DNA of 64,000 bases, from assembly GCA_011364965.1 (NCBI GenBank), contig RDOB01000007.1, positions 32,001 through 96,000 of the forward strand. Direction: 5' to 3'. The position numbers and the translations under genes were made by a program. Under the pieces are notes generated by a model. It saw only the letters and a list, made by a program, of their open reading frames with translations. It made no database searches and was not told the origin of the DNA. Below, piece by piece: positions 1-9,912 of the stretch. Numbering within the stretch: position 1 is the stretch's first letter; each line of letters starts with the position of its first letter. This DNA comes from Candidatus Heimdallarchaeota archaeon (GTDB lineage: Archaea > Asgardarchaeota > Heimdallarchaeia > Hodarchaeales > Hodarchaeaceae).

Positions 1-152
1 CCATATCCTGCTGTTTGTACTTCTGAAACTACTGTAAACCCAATATTGTTTTCCTCGATTAATTTTCGTGCGACATTATTGGTAGAACCGACTTCCTGAT
101 ACTTAAAAATAAGTGGACAAAGTTTAGAGTCAATCCAATATTCATTAATCAT
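1..152 (-). CDS. birA: biotin--protein ligase, N-terminal part (runs off window edge)
   Basis: Not in ORF track. Manual translation from ATG 152 gives MINEYW...FKYQEVGSTNNVA...VVSEVQTAGYG, matching the STN and EQTAGRG motifs of BirA. Confidence 0.8.
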   Translation of the reverse strand, partial: MINEYWIDSKLCPLIFKYQEVGSTNNVARKLIEENNIGFTVVSEVQTAGY

Positions 153-325
153 AAACCACACCTTGTGAAAATCCTGTTAAGCGCATTTGAATACTATAGA
201 AATAAAAAGTTCCTCCCTCTATTCATAACTAAACTGAAACATTATTACTATTCGATCATTTACTAGAGCATATTATTGTTCAAAGATTCTAAGTAAATTG
301 ATATGAGTCATCAAATAGGCTTCTT

Positions 326-787
326 TTATCGAAGAAATTGCTTCAATTTATAATAGCTAAAAGTAACAATGGCAATGATTGTTAATGCAAGAAATATGGC
401 ACCGAAATACCTTTGCTCTGGATTTAATCCACCACCTATAAATCCAAGCGGAATTAAATCCTCAATGATAATAAAAAATCCGAAAAAAGTAACCAAATAC
501 AAGAGAATATAAATTGATGAGAATGATACTACTTTTTTCAGAGTTGGAATTTGAAATGGATCCCAATCTTCAGCAAGAGTACAGCTTAGTGTAGCTAAAA
601 TAATTACGACTCCAATGATGGTGCCAATAACTCCGATAAAATATTCATTTAAATCCAAATTTAGAAGAATAATTCCCCAAAATACAACTGGTATTTGTGC
701 AAGCAGTGACCATCCTAACGATGCTAGAATTAATCCTTTTCCCTCAATTCGTCTCCAATCAAATTGTACAGCAGTTGTCATATCCAA
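326..787 (-). CDS. hypothetical membrane protein (~4 TM)
   Basis: Four hydrophobic segments; directly downstream of the PDCD5-like gene. Confidence 0.7.
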   Translation of the reverse strand: MDMTTAVQFDWRRIEGKGLILASLGWSLLAQIPVVFWGIILLNLDLNEYFIGVIGTIIGVVIILATLSCTLAEDWDPFQIPTLKKVVSFSSIYILLYLVTFFGFFIIIEDLIPLGFIGGGLNPEQRYFGAIFLALTIIAIVTFSYYKLKQFLR

Positions 788-797
788 GATCCTACTT

Positions 798-1139
798 TTA
801 TCGTCTTTTGAATGTAATTTTTCCTTCTCTCTTTGTTTGAGTAAGTTGTGTAAGTAATTTTTTTAGTTGATTATCTGTTATTTTATTTGTTACACGTCCT
901 GTGGAAGCAAGTTGTATCAACTGGTTTTCCAGTTTTGTTGCGTATTCAGGTTTAGCCAGTTTGATGTTTGCTAATCTCTCCCTAGCTTCGTTGGTCAAAA
1001 TTCCTTTTAAGATCATCTGGCGTTGATTTTCAATTTGACGCTGCTGCTCCTCTGCTTGTTGAGCTGCCAATTGTTCTTCCTGAAGTTGAGCGAGGCGTTT
1101 TTGTCGGATAGCTTCTAAATCTGAATCTTCTTCAGCCAT
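798..1139 (-). CDS. PDCD5-family DNA-binding protein
   Basis: DLEAIRQKRLAQLQ and ILTNEARERLANIKLAKPE motifs; usual neighbour of eS19. Confidence 0.95.
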   Translation of the reverse strand: MAEEDSDLEAIRQKRLAQLQEEQLAAQQAEEQQRQIENQRQMILKGILTNEARERLANIKLAKPEYATKLENQLIQLASTGRVTNKITDNQLKKLLTQLTQTKREGKITFKRR

Positions 1140-1273
1140 ATTATATAAACCTCCTCAATAATCGTTCTATTATACATATGAGGATACCTAATTAATTTAA
1201 TTAAGAATCCTAATAATTTATTATAAATTAGTTTCAATAAATAAATTTTACGAACGAAGTTTTATATTAGTAG

Positions 1274-1723
1274 TTAATATATACTTAATTCAGGTAATTC
1301 TTGTTTAATTTTGTAAGCTAAAGTATCTACAAATCTACGTCCTTCAGGAGTAATTATTCGTCCTTCATTACTTGAAGCAATGGTTATATATCCAGCTTTT
1401 TCCAACTGGTGAACTGCCAATCGAATTACAGCCCCAGATCCTAATCTCGCTCTTTCTGGTTTACTGCCTCTGTTTTTTCTACCTCCGTACATCTTTCTTA
1501 GATGAATGATCCCAATGGGTCCATAAATGTAAATTTTCCTTAAAACCGAAGCCACACGAGTGTACCACCAATCTTTCCGTTGCTCAGGAGCGTTTTCATT
1601 TGATACACCAAGTTTAACGTAATCAGCCCATTTTGGTGGAATGAAAATCTTCTCATTTTCCTTCAGTTCTTCAGAGATCGCTTCGATAAGAAGATTGCTT
1701 GGAACCATTTGTGCTGTAACCAT
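1274..1723 (-). CDS. rps19e: 30S ribosomal protein eS19
   Basis: PPKWADYVK, DWWYTRVASVLRKIY, YGGRKNRGSKP. Confidence 0.98.
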   Translation of the reverse strand: MVTAQMVPSNLLIEAISEELKENEKIFIPPKWADYVKLGVSNENAPEQRKDWWYTRVASVLRKIYIYGPIGIIHLRKMYGGRKNRGSKPERARLGSGAVIRLAVHQLEKAGYITIASSNEGRIITPEGRRFVDTLAYKIKQELPELSIY

Positions 1724-1960
1724 TATTAATTCTCCGTATGAATAGTTAATTATTTGTGAATAATACTCTGAATTGTTTCCTAATTTAACTCTATTAGAGA
1801 TGATTTAATTGGTATTTTTAGTTGTTGTTATTTCTATAGCAAGATCGGAATAGAAGAAAACACACAAAAGATTAAGCCAATTTCCCTCTTTTTTGAAAAT
1901 TCTACTCAATCTGAGTGTTTTTCTTGCATTAAAAGACTAGTCATTGATGAGGATGATATT

Positions 1961-3097
1961 GTGTCATTAAAAGCTGATCAGATGCTACTTTGTATGTTTC
2001 TGTGTTTTTTGGTAAGCATCAATGCTGTATATGAGGGACAAGCATACACTTTACAAAACGAAGATCCAATTGTTGTTCTTTTTGATGAAGGACATGGCCA
2101 ATTTTTTAATCGTACACTCTATCAACAGGCAATTAGCGTTTTAATTGATAGTGGGAAAAAAGTCGTTTTCAGTACCGAAAAAGAATTCAATAGATCAAGC
2201 TTTGAGGGCATAGACATCTTTGTAAGTACAAATCCCAAGAATTCCTTCTCCTTTGAAGAGAGGTATTTCATTCGTGAATTCATTCAAGAAGGAAAGTCTA
2301 TATTACTTCTCGCAAATCCTCTTGTAGAAAATAATGAAACATTAAATGGCCGTGGGGATAAGCTAAATGATGTCTTAACTGACCCTGAAGTGGGTATTCT
2401 AGCGGAATTTTGGACCCGACCTGATGATGTTGGGAGCGTAAAATCCGCCAATGTCGTACAAAATGAATTTTATAATCTTGGTAGACCCGAATATATTAAA
2501 ATCGAAGTAAATAGCTCTGTACACGAGATTTTATCATTAAATGAAAATGTAACATCTATTGTCACTTACTCATGTTCAATTAAGTCCCCTTTGCAAGATG
2601 TATTAATTGCTCCTTCCTATGCTATCAGTAAAACCACTCATAATGAAATCTATGACTATGCTTCAGATATAACACTTATCAGTACAGCAGGGCGACAAAC
2701 TGAAGCAAAAATACTACTTGGTGGTTCTTCAATCATGTTCAGTGATCTTACTGATGCTTTATTGGGAAACAAGACTTGGTTCGAAAGCGAAAACAATTCA
2801 GTACTTTGGGAAAATATGTTTGATTGGTTGGCTGAAATAGAGGAAAGCGAGTCTGCCGACTTAAATACACTTGAAACAGCTTTCATTCCTCTGCTGACGC
2901 TTTCTGTAACCTCAATACTCTCTATAGCGTTTGGAAGCGTTATTTATTCATATGGTTCTGGTAAAAAAATAGTAATAACAAAAAGTATTGAATCCTCTGT
3001 CGAAGCAAGAGAAGCCACCGAGGAAAAACCTCAACTTTCAAGCAGAGAAAGACGCCTTCAACAGATCAAAAGACAGAGGAGAAACAGGAGAGAATAA
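1961..3097 (+). CDS. secreted, C-terminally anchored protein, DUF4350/GIFT(IFT52/GldG)-like domain
   Basis: Signal peptide, VVLFDEGHGQFF, GSSIMFSD...NSVLWENMFDWL, C-terminal TM helix and basic tail. Confidence 0.55.
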   Translation: MSLKADQMLLCMFLCFLVSINAVYEGQAYTLQNEDPIVVLFDEGHGQFFNRTLYQQAISVLIDSGKKVVFSTEKEFNRSSFEGIDIFVSTNPKNSFSFEERYFIREFIQEGKSILLLANPLVENNETLNGRGDKLNDVLTDPEVGILAEFWTRPDDVGSVKSANVVQNEFYNLGRPEYIKIEVNSSVHEILSLNENVTSIVTYSCSIKSPLQDVLIAPSYAISKTTHNEIYDYASDITLISTAGRQTEAKILLGGSSIMFSDLTDALLGNKTWFESENNSVLWENMFDWLAEIEESESADLNTLETAFIPLLTLSVTSILSIAFGSVIYSYGSGKKIVITKSIESSVEAREATEEKPQLSSRERRLQQIKRQRRNRRE

Positions 3098-3098
3098 A

Positions 3099-3383
3099 AT
3101 GGGCCGTAAACGCAAGCGAATCGTAAGAACAAAACCCATTCCAACATTACCCACAGTTTTTGATTGTCCAGTTTGTGGAACTTCAAATTCAGTGCATATC
3201 GATGTTAATCGTGACATTAGAACCGCTGTAATTTCCTGTGGAAAGTGCCGAATTCAGATTTCGCGTCCAATAAAGCCGATAGAAGAACGGGTTGACGTAT
3301 ATGGAGACTGGTTAGATCATCTTTTAGAGGATTCCAAGGCCGATGAGGCAAATAATTCAGATGAGATCGAATCAGCTGATTGA
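3099..3383 (+). CDS. elf1: transcription elongation factor Elf1
   Basis: MGRKRK...LPTVFDCPVCG...CGKC...VDVYGDWLD; true start is ATG 3099. Confidence 0.93.
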   Translation: MGRKRKRIVRTKPIPTLPTVFDCPVCGTSNSVHIDVNRDIRTAVISCGKCRIQISRPIKPIEERVDVYGDWLDHLLEDSKADEANNSDEIESAD

Positions 3384-4054
3384 GAAAGTCACATTTTATG
3401 GGAAAGAACGGTATGGAACAAGAGACGAAAAGAAAGATCATCCATATTTCAATGGGATTTTTAGCTCTATTATTAATCATATTTCCAAGATGGCTTGCAT
3501 TAATATTTGTACTTATCGCGTTAGGTTTTATTCTTGTCATTGCTCGCCCTTCGGTATGGAAAAGCGGTTTTGATGCAATGGCTTCTAGGGAAGAAGATCA
3601 AAGGTCAGGTTTGCTACATGGACCAACCCTTTACATTATCATGGTTTTGATTTTGATTTTGTTCTTTGACATGCGAATTGCAGGAGCAGTATTTGCAATA
3701 ATGGCATTTGGTGATGGATTTGCTAATGTAATTGGAACACGATTTGGGAAGCATCGATACCCAACATTCGAAAATAAAAGTTTTGAGGGATTAATTGCAT
3801 TTATCTTTTTCGCGTTTATTAGTTCCTCTCTTGCCTTTCTTCTTATCTCAGTAAACCCTGATTACGCATCATGGATACAACTTCTAAATATTAAAGAACC
3901 TACAGAAATATCTTCCCTAAACGTATTTAGCATTTGTTTTATTGTCTCTACAATCGCAGGATTAATAGAACTTACTTCAAGTCGGATACTAAATGATAAT
4001 ATCACCGTTCCAATCATAAGTGGATTTCTCATGACCCTTCTTTTGAATTTTTGA
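3380..4054 (+). CDS. CTP-dependent polyprenol/dolichol/phytol kinase family membrane protein
   Basis: RKIIHI, GDGFANVIGTRFG, KSFEG and NDNITVP motifs. Confidence 0.85.
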   Translation: MRKSHFMGKNGMEQETKRKIIHISMGFLALLLIIFPRWLALIFVLIALGFILVIARPSVWKSGFDAMASREEDQRSGLLHGPTLYIIMVLILILFFDMRIAGAVFAIMAFGDGFANVIGTRFGKHRYPTFENKSFEGLIAFIFFAFISSSLAFLLISVNPDYASWIQLLNIKEPTEISSLNVFSICFIVSTIAGLIELTSSRILNDNITVPIISGFLMTLLLNF

Positions 4055-4644
4055 TAATTATGATACGCTATCTAATTCCTATAACTGGAAGGCCCAATGC
4101 AGGAAAAACCTCTCTTCTAAACTTTCTAGGAAGGATGAGTAGACCAGTTGGGAAACATGCAGGAACCACTCTTCAAATCGAGACCATTCCAATATATCGA
4201 AATCTGAGTTTTGTCGATTTTCCTGGTTTTGGACGAGCTGCAAAGAAATCTAAGCGGATCGAAGAGAAAATTAAAAATAATATCATCCAGTTTATCGATA
4301 ATCCAGAAAACAACTTTCTGTTTGGCTTACACATAATCGATGCGTCCACGTTTCCAATCGTGGTCCATTCACTTGAAAAAAAGGGAATAATACCCATTGA
4401 TATTGAAATGATCTCATTTGTTTCCGAAAATACAAAACACCCAATATTTATTATTTTTAATAAGATTGATAAAGTTAAAATCTCTTTTATGAAACAAAAT
4501 CTGGTAATCCTAAAAAGTTATGAGCTTCCAGAATATGAATTGTTTCAGGTTTCATTGAAATCGAAGGAAGGATGTAATAATCTACGTAATCGCGTCAAGA
4601 ATCAAATTATTAAAGAATTAGGCGTATCTTACCAACATTGGTAG
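4051..4644 (+). CDS. engB: EngB/YihA-family GTPase
   Basis: GRPNAGKT, GTT, DFPGFG and NKID motifs. Confidence 0.85.
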   Translation: MIIMIRYLIPITGRPNAGKTSLLNFLGRMSRPVGKHAGTTLQIETIPIYRNLSFVDFPGFGRAAKKSKRIEEKIKNNIIQFIDNPENNFLFGLHIIDASTFPIVVHSLEKKGIIPIDIEMISFVSENTKHPIFIIFNKIDKVKISFMKQNLVILKSYELPEYELFQVSLKSKEGCNNLRNRVKNQIIKELGVSYQHW

Positions 4645-4834
4645 AGAAATATCCAATTTTAAGGAAAATATGATGAATTAGGCTGCAGATACAAATTGAA
4701 TTATACCTAAAAGTAATCTTATTAATTTTCTTAAGTTTAAGGGATTTCCCAAATATGTAATTGTTTTGGAATATAAAAATAACACAAGTAATCAATAGAT
4801 GAGAATAAATGTATAAAACTAGTAATATTGTAAA

Positions 4835-7039
4835 GTGGTAATAAAGAAATCACTAGTAATAGCATCAGAATCCATCCAACGAGTATTTTATGTTATCTAT
4901 GAGGAATTGAACTTGAGTAATATTGAAGAACTCATTCTTAAAATCTCTGAGAAAACTGGCTTATCGAGAGGGCAGATAAAACAGAAAATTGAAGAAAAAA
5001 AAGAAGAATTGGGATTTTTTGTAAACGATATTGCAGCTGCGCATATCATTGCAAAAGATCTTGATGTAGCCTTAGGCCAATCCAAATTTAAAAAACCTAA
5101 ACTCACAATTAAAAGCTTAAAAAGCATGGAACCAGGCTTACCAGGAATCGAGTTGACTGGGGTGGTATATAGAATATATCATCCTATCGAATTTACCAAA
5201 GGAGAAGGTAAAAACATACTTGTACCTCTTCTACTACATGATGGGACTGATAGTATCCGATTATTGCTATGGGGAAACCAAGCGCGATTAATAACTGAAA
5301 ATCGCATTCAACGAGGATCAGTAATTCGAATAAAACAAGCTTACACAAAAATCGGAAGAACACAAGAGCTCGAGCTCCATATTGGAGATAAAGGTCTAGT
5401 AGAAATTGAAAAAGATTCTGAAACAGAATACCCAGATCCTGAAAATGATATTATGCAGCTCGATGTGATTGACGAAGAAATGCAGGAAATCGACATACAA
5501 GCTACCGTAGTAAGCGTGGGGAATATTGTAACATTCAATCGAACAGATGGGTCTGAAGGGAGAGTAACTAATCTACTTCTAAAAGGAGAAAGAGTGACAA
5601 GGCGAATGGTATTTTGGGATAAAAGGGTGGATGAAGCATTCAATTTTACTAGAGGTGATATCCTGTTAATTCAAGCAGCTAATGTGAAAATGGATCGTGA
5701 TGGCAATCCTGAACTACATGCCTCAGGCGCAACATACACCAAGAAAATTGGTCATAAAACCATGCTTTCTATTGAGGAGAAAAGAGCTGATGTCAGTACG
5801 TCTCAAGAAATTGTTGAAAGAAAGATAAAAGATCTTCAAACAAGTGATAACTTGGTGTCAGTAATAGTCCGAAAGGGGCCAGTAGGTAAGGTATCCAGTT
5901 TTACGAGGAAAGATGGCACTGATGGAGCAGTTCAAAGAGCTGTGATCTTTGATGAAACTGGTGAAATAACATTGGTTTTATGGAATAATTCAATTGATGC
6001 TTATGATGGATTAGAGGATAATGCGTTCAAAGCTTATCCATTAAGAGTTAATGTTTCACGGTACAAAACACTCGAGTTACATTCAACATTTGGGACAGAA
6101 TTTACACCTCTTGAGTCTTCTAAAATTTCAGAAGACCCTCCAATTCAAGATATTCAAGATATTAGTCCAAAACAAGGATTAATATCTATACAGGGTGTTA
6201 TTCAAGAGATATCAGAAACAAGAGAATTTATTCGAAATGATGGAAATAAAGGTCGTGTGTGCTCATTAACAATAGCTGACAACACTGGAGCTACGCGAAT
6301 AGTAGCTTGGGGAGATAATGTGGACAAAATTCACGATATTCAAGAGAAAGAAATGAAATATGTAAAAATATTTTTTGGAGGAGTACGTCAGCGCGATACT
6401 GATGAATTAGAAGTCCATTTAACCTCGCAAAGCCACATTAGACCTTCGTCTCGCGTTCCTGAAGCTTTGAGAGACATTTCAACAATAGAAAAATCTTCTA
6501 GTGTATCAAAACCTCAAGTAGAGTATAAAAAAATAAGACTTTCAGAGCTAAACGAGACTGAAGATGATAAACTAATAGAAGTTTTAGGGAAAATGACCCG
6601 TATCTTTCAGCAAACCCCTTATTATTATGCATGCCCAGAATGCCGGAAAAAAGTGGATGAATTAGAAACAGGATGGATATGTGCAGAACATGGAATTGTT
6701 GAACCAGATATTCGATTCCGATTATCAGGAGTAATTGATGACGGAACTGGAACCATTCGCACCACATTCTTTGGATTATCTGGAGAAATCCTTACAGGTA
6801 TGAGTGGAAAAGACATCAAAGCGTTGATTAAGAATGGATTGAGTGATGATGAAATTTTTACTTCTGTTCAACAAGAAGCAGAGGGAAAAACCGTTCTGAT
6901 TCAAGGTAGAGTGCAATTGCAAACACGTGAAGTACAAGGTGAAACCATGCAGAGCCAGACATTATTTGCAAATCGAGTCCGAATGCCGCATGCAAAAACC
7001 ATTGCAGAAGATTTAATTGCAGAACTAGAGGAGTCCTGA
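4835..7039 (+). CDS. rpa: replication protein A large subunit (multiple OB folds plus Zn-finger OB)
   Basis: Repeated F-x-R-x-DG and D-x-TG-x-(I/R)-x-x-x-W OB motifs; YYACPECRKKV...CAEH; DDGTG. Confidence 0.93.
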   Translation: MVIKKSLVIASESIQRVFYVIYEELNLSNIEELILKISEKTGLSRGQIKQKIEEKKEELGFFVNDIAAAHIIAKDLDVALGQSKFKKPKLTIKSLKSMEPGLPGIELTGVVYRIYHPIEFTKGEGKNILVPLLLHDGTDSIRLLLWGNQARLITENRIQRGSVIRIKQAYTKIGRTQELELHIGDKGLVEIEKDSETEYPDPENDIMQLDVIDEEMQEIDIQATVVSVGNIVTFNRTDGSEGRVTNLLLKGERVTRRMVFWDKRVDEAFNFTRGDILLIQAANVKMDRDGNPELHASGATYTKKIGHKTMLSIEEKRADVSTSQEIVERKIKDLQTSDNLVSVIVRKGPVGKVSSFTRKDGTDGAVQRAVIFDETGEITLVLWNNSIDAYDGLEDNAFKAYPLRVNVSRYKTLELHSTFGTEFTPLESSKISEDPPIQDIQDISPKQGLISIQGVIQEISETREFIRNDGNKGRVCSLTIADNTGATRIVAWGDNVDKIHDIQEKEMKYVKIFFGGVRQRDTDELEVHLTSQSHIRPSSRVPEALRDISTIEKSSSVSKPQVEYKKIRLSELNETEDDKLIEVLGKMTRIFQQTPYYYACPECRKKVDELETGWICAEHGIVEPDIRFRLSGVIDDGTGTIRTTFFGLSGEILTGMSGKDIKALIKNGLSDDEIFTSVQQEAEGKTVLIQGRVQLQTREVQGETMQSQTLFANRVRMPHAKTIAEDLIAELEES

Positions 7040-7123
7040 ATGGTCATTTAATGATTTGAATAATAGCTTACAAGTCAATAATTATGAATCTTTTGATTAT
7101 CCCTGAAAGAAGATAAAAAGTGA

Positions 7124-7258
7124 TAGGAACGGAGGGAATTTCAGATCTTCTGAATTCAGAGGACCTTTTGAACCCCCGACCTCTTGGACCCAAACCAAGA
7201 ATCATCTAGCCCCTGACTTGCCTGAAGTACAGGTAAAACCAAGCTAGACTACGTTCCT
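7124..7258 (-). tRNA. tRNA-Pro(TGG) with two non-canonical introns (D-loop ~7205-7234; T-loop 59/60 at 7138-7166)
   Basis: Acceptor AGGAACG/CGTTCCT, anticodon arm CTTGG-TT-TGG-GT-CCAAG, T-stem GGGGG/CCCTC; canonical BHB at the T-loop intron. Confidence 0.9.
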
Positions 7259-7343
7259 GACGCTTTTGATCTATTTCCTCATCTCTCAGGATACAATTTA
7301 CTATTTTCCTTTATCTAATATAATCTTTTGCGTGATTCCCTAA

Positions 7344-8546
7344 TTATACAATTTCCTTTAGTATTTTTAGTATCTGGAGTTCTTGGGCAGTTGTTTTTAT
7401 TGTACTTCCAGAATAGTGAGTTTTTCCGCTGTTATACTTCTTTTCTCTTAATTTTTCAATAATAATTTCCGTTGGAGGTATTCGGGTTCCTACTTTTTTT
7501 GCTAGAGCCTGTAGATCATACGACCAAGGTTGATCAATATTAACTTCTCCTTTCATGTTGTCTAACACTTTTAATAGGGTCTTTTTAGTTCCCAAATTTT
7601 CCATATGGGGGTCTAAAATGATCTTTTGAATAAGATTTTCATTTTGTAAATGCCCCAAATACAATGGTCCTACCCTTGCAATTTCTGTAGAAGAACATTT
7701 TGAACACTGGACATTCTTGTCTCCGATATGTGTCATAAATATTGTCTGGCATTTTCTACAACGATTTAGAAAACCTGTTTTATCAAGTACCCTAGCCACT
7801 CCCCGATAACGAAGAAAGAATGAACGAATGAAATGTCTATGATAGAAGGTCAAGATGGGTATTAATGATTGGTTAATAATCAATCCCACATGTTGAACTC
7901 CTGTTGTTAATGCTCTAGATGCCAGTTCATGGATATTCCCTATTCGTTCGTCAAATTGACTTAAACAATATTTAGAGAATAATGCTTTTGGATATATACC
8001 TGCCAAGCTTGCTAGATCAGTTGACGTGACCGCAATAAGTCCTTCAATTCCTACAATTTTTATACTATTTAATATAAATGGAATTGGGCTGCCAAATGGA
8101 TCAATATCAACGAAATCAAAGTTCTTATTGTTTTGATGGTGCATCTGAAGAAAATCATTTGCGTCTTGATTGAATACTCTAAAATATTTGGATTCTAATG
8201 ATAAATTCTTAATATTCCGAGTAGTATAAATTGTTGCAATAGTATTGCTGTCATTACAATATAAATCAGAAGTAGGTGTTTCTAATAAATAGCGCCCACT
8301 CCGTATCCCGACTCCGCATAAAGGTTCACACCCCCGAAGGGGAGTTTTATTCAGAAATATGCTATAAGCTCGTAAAACTAATACAGAAAGATCTCTATTG
8401 ATTTCTTGATATGGATTAAAAAACACATCATCTGTTTTTTTTGGGACTTTCTGCTCTCGAGTACTTGAAGGGATTTTAAATGAACCTAATCCTTCTTTGA
8501 TGGTTTTTAATTCTTGAGAATTCTCCATAAAGGACTCATCCCTCAT
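7344..8546 (-). CDS. trm1: tRNA (guanine26-N2)-dimethyltransferase
   Basis: VFFNP...NRDLSV, GIRSGRY, DIDPFGSP and GPLYLG. Confidence 0.95.
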   Translation of the reverse strand: MRDESFMENSQELKTIKEGLGSFKIPSSTREQKVPKKTDDVFFNPYQEINRDLSVLVLRAYSIFLNKTPLRGCEPLCGVGIRSGRYLLETPTSDLYCNDSNTIATIYTTRNIKNLSLESKYFRVFNQDANDFLQMHHQNNKNFDFVDIDPFGSPIPFILNSIKIVGIEGLIAVTSTDLASLAGIYPKALFSKYCLSQFDERIGNIHELASRALTTGVQHVGLIINQSLIPILTFYHRHFIRSFFLRYRGVARVLDKTGFLNRCRKCQTIFMTHIGDKNVQCSKCSSTEIARVGPLYLGHLQNENLIQKIILDPHMENLGTKKTLLKVLDNMKGEVNIDQPWSYDLQALAKKVGTRIPPTEIIIEKLREKKYNSGKTHYSGSTIKTTAQELQILKILKEIV

Positions 8547-9192
8547 CAGCTAATAGCAAAAATGCTATATTATACTTTACTTTACCGCGACCTTTACCTT
8601 TCGTTGCTACAATATACGTTTCAGCACTGCTGGATCGGGATGTCGGAGGTTTGTGAACCTTAACGACTTCATAATACTCTTTAATCTTTGCTATTAGATC
8701 CTTAAAATATTCCCCATGAAAAACTTTCGTTAAAAAAGCTGATGCTAGAAAATAATTGGAAATCCCGAGAGAAACTTCAGCTAACCAAATTTGCCGTGCG
8801 TGATCTGTAACCCAATGCCCAGAGACATTTGGGGAGCAATCTGCAAGCACTATATGTTCTCGATGTTCCACACCGTGTTTAATAATGCTCTCTTGAAGGA
8901 GATGAATCGTATCGAGTTGTGTAATATCACCTTGAATAATCTCTGTGATTTTTGGAATAGGCCGGACTCTTGCCATGTCAACTAAAAAAATTGCTGCCTT
9001 GGATTGAGTTTGATCTCGTGCTATTTGAGAAAATCCTCCAGGTGCGCCACAGAGATCGATTATGGTTTGATTTTCTCTAAAAATATTGAACTTTTTATCA
9101 ATTTGAAGTAATTTATAAGCTGCTCGACTCCTGAATCCTTCTTGTTTTGCTTTTTTTGAATAAAAGTCTCGTTTTTTCCGCAGATAAAACAC
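8536..9192 (-). CDS. rlmE: 23S rRNA 2'-O-methyltransferase RlmE/FtsJ
   Basis: GFRSRAAYKL, DLCGAPGGFSQ, KPPTSRSSSAETY. Confidence 0.96.
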   Translation of the reverse strand: MFYLRKKRDFYSKKAKQEGFRSRAAYKLLQIDKKFNIFRENQTIIDLCGAPGGFSQIARDQTQSKAAIFLVDMARVRPIPKITEIIQGDITQLDTIHLLQESIIKHGVEHREHIVLADCSPNVSGHWVTDHARQIWLAEVSLGISNYFLASAFLTKVFHGEYFKDLIAKIKEYYEVVKVHKPPTSRSSSAETYIVATKGKGRGKVKYNIAFLLLADEG

Positions 9193-9217
9193 CCAATGAT
9201 ATAATTTAGTGATTGAT

Positions 9218-9628
9218 TTATTTCCTTCTTCTAGGTTTGAAATCTTTCCTCTCTTGTGTTTCCCCTCTTAATCGCTGGATTCTTTTTGGTCTCTTTTTCT
9301 TTGCTTCTTTAAGGAGCTCTTTCTTTTGTTTTTCTAAAGCTGGTCGAATGTAAGACCTTACCTGATTACTAAGATCCTTCAGTGTTTGTTGTTTACCTAT
9401 TTTTTTCTCAACAAGAATTATTCCATTTGGTTCCCACCAGTGGCGGGGATATGCAGCATCCTTTCGAGTTTCATAACTAAGACCAATTTTTTCCGCTGCT
9501 AAACGTAATTCTGTTAGTGATGGGTTTTCAATTGCTTCATTCAGCGGTAGTCTGCGCCCCTCCTTCCTTGTAAGGGATTTATCAAAATATTCAGGAAATA
9601 TAAAGTAATGAGTATTATCTAAACGCAA
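9218..9628 (-). CDS. srp19: signal recognition particle protein SRP19
   Basis: IFPEYFDKSLTRKEGRR...ENP...YPRHW. Confidence 0.95.
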   Translation of the reverse strand: MRLDNTHYFIFPEYFDKSLTRKEGRRLPLNEAIENPSLTELRLAAEKIGLSYETRKDAAYPRHWWEPNGIILVEKKIGKQQTLKDLSNQVRSYIRPALEKQKKELLKEAKKKRPKRIQRLRGETQERKDFKPRRRK

Positions 9629-9912
9629 TTTTTTTCTCTACTCCGATTAACTTGGGCTAGTTTCAAAATTATATGTTTTTTCATGATACTGTAATCATTA
9701 CAATAGGTAATTCAACATTTGGTCGTTTTGCGTGTAATAGAGAAAAACCAATAATATAACAGCATATGGTTCATTCAAGGACTTTATGTATCGTAATAAG
9801 GTCAATTCCCCTCACTTTCATTGTACAGAAAGATTTAATCTAAATAAATTAAAATCAAATGTTGAGAAAGGTTTTACTTTGGATTTACGGACATTTAATG
9901 AGATGAGAGAAA

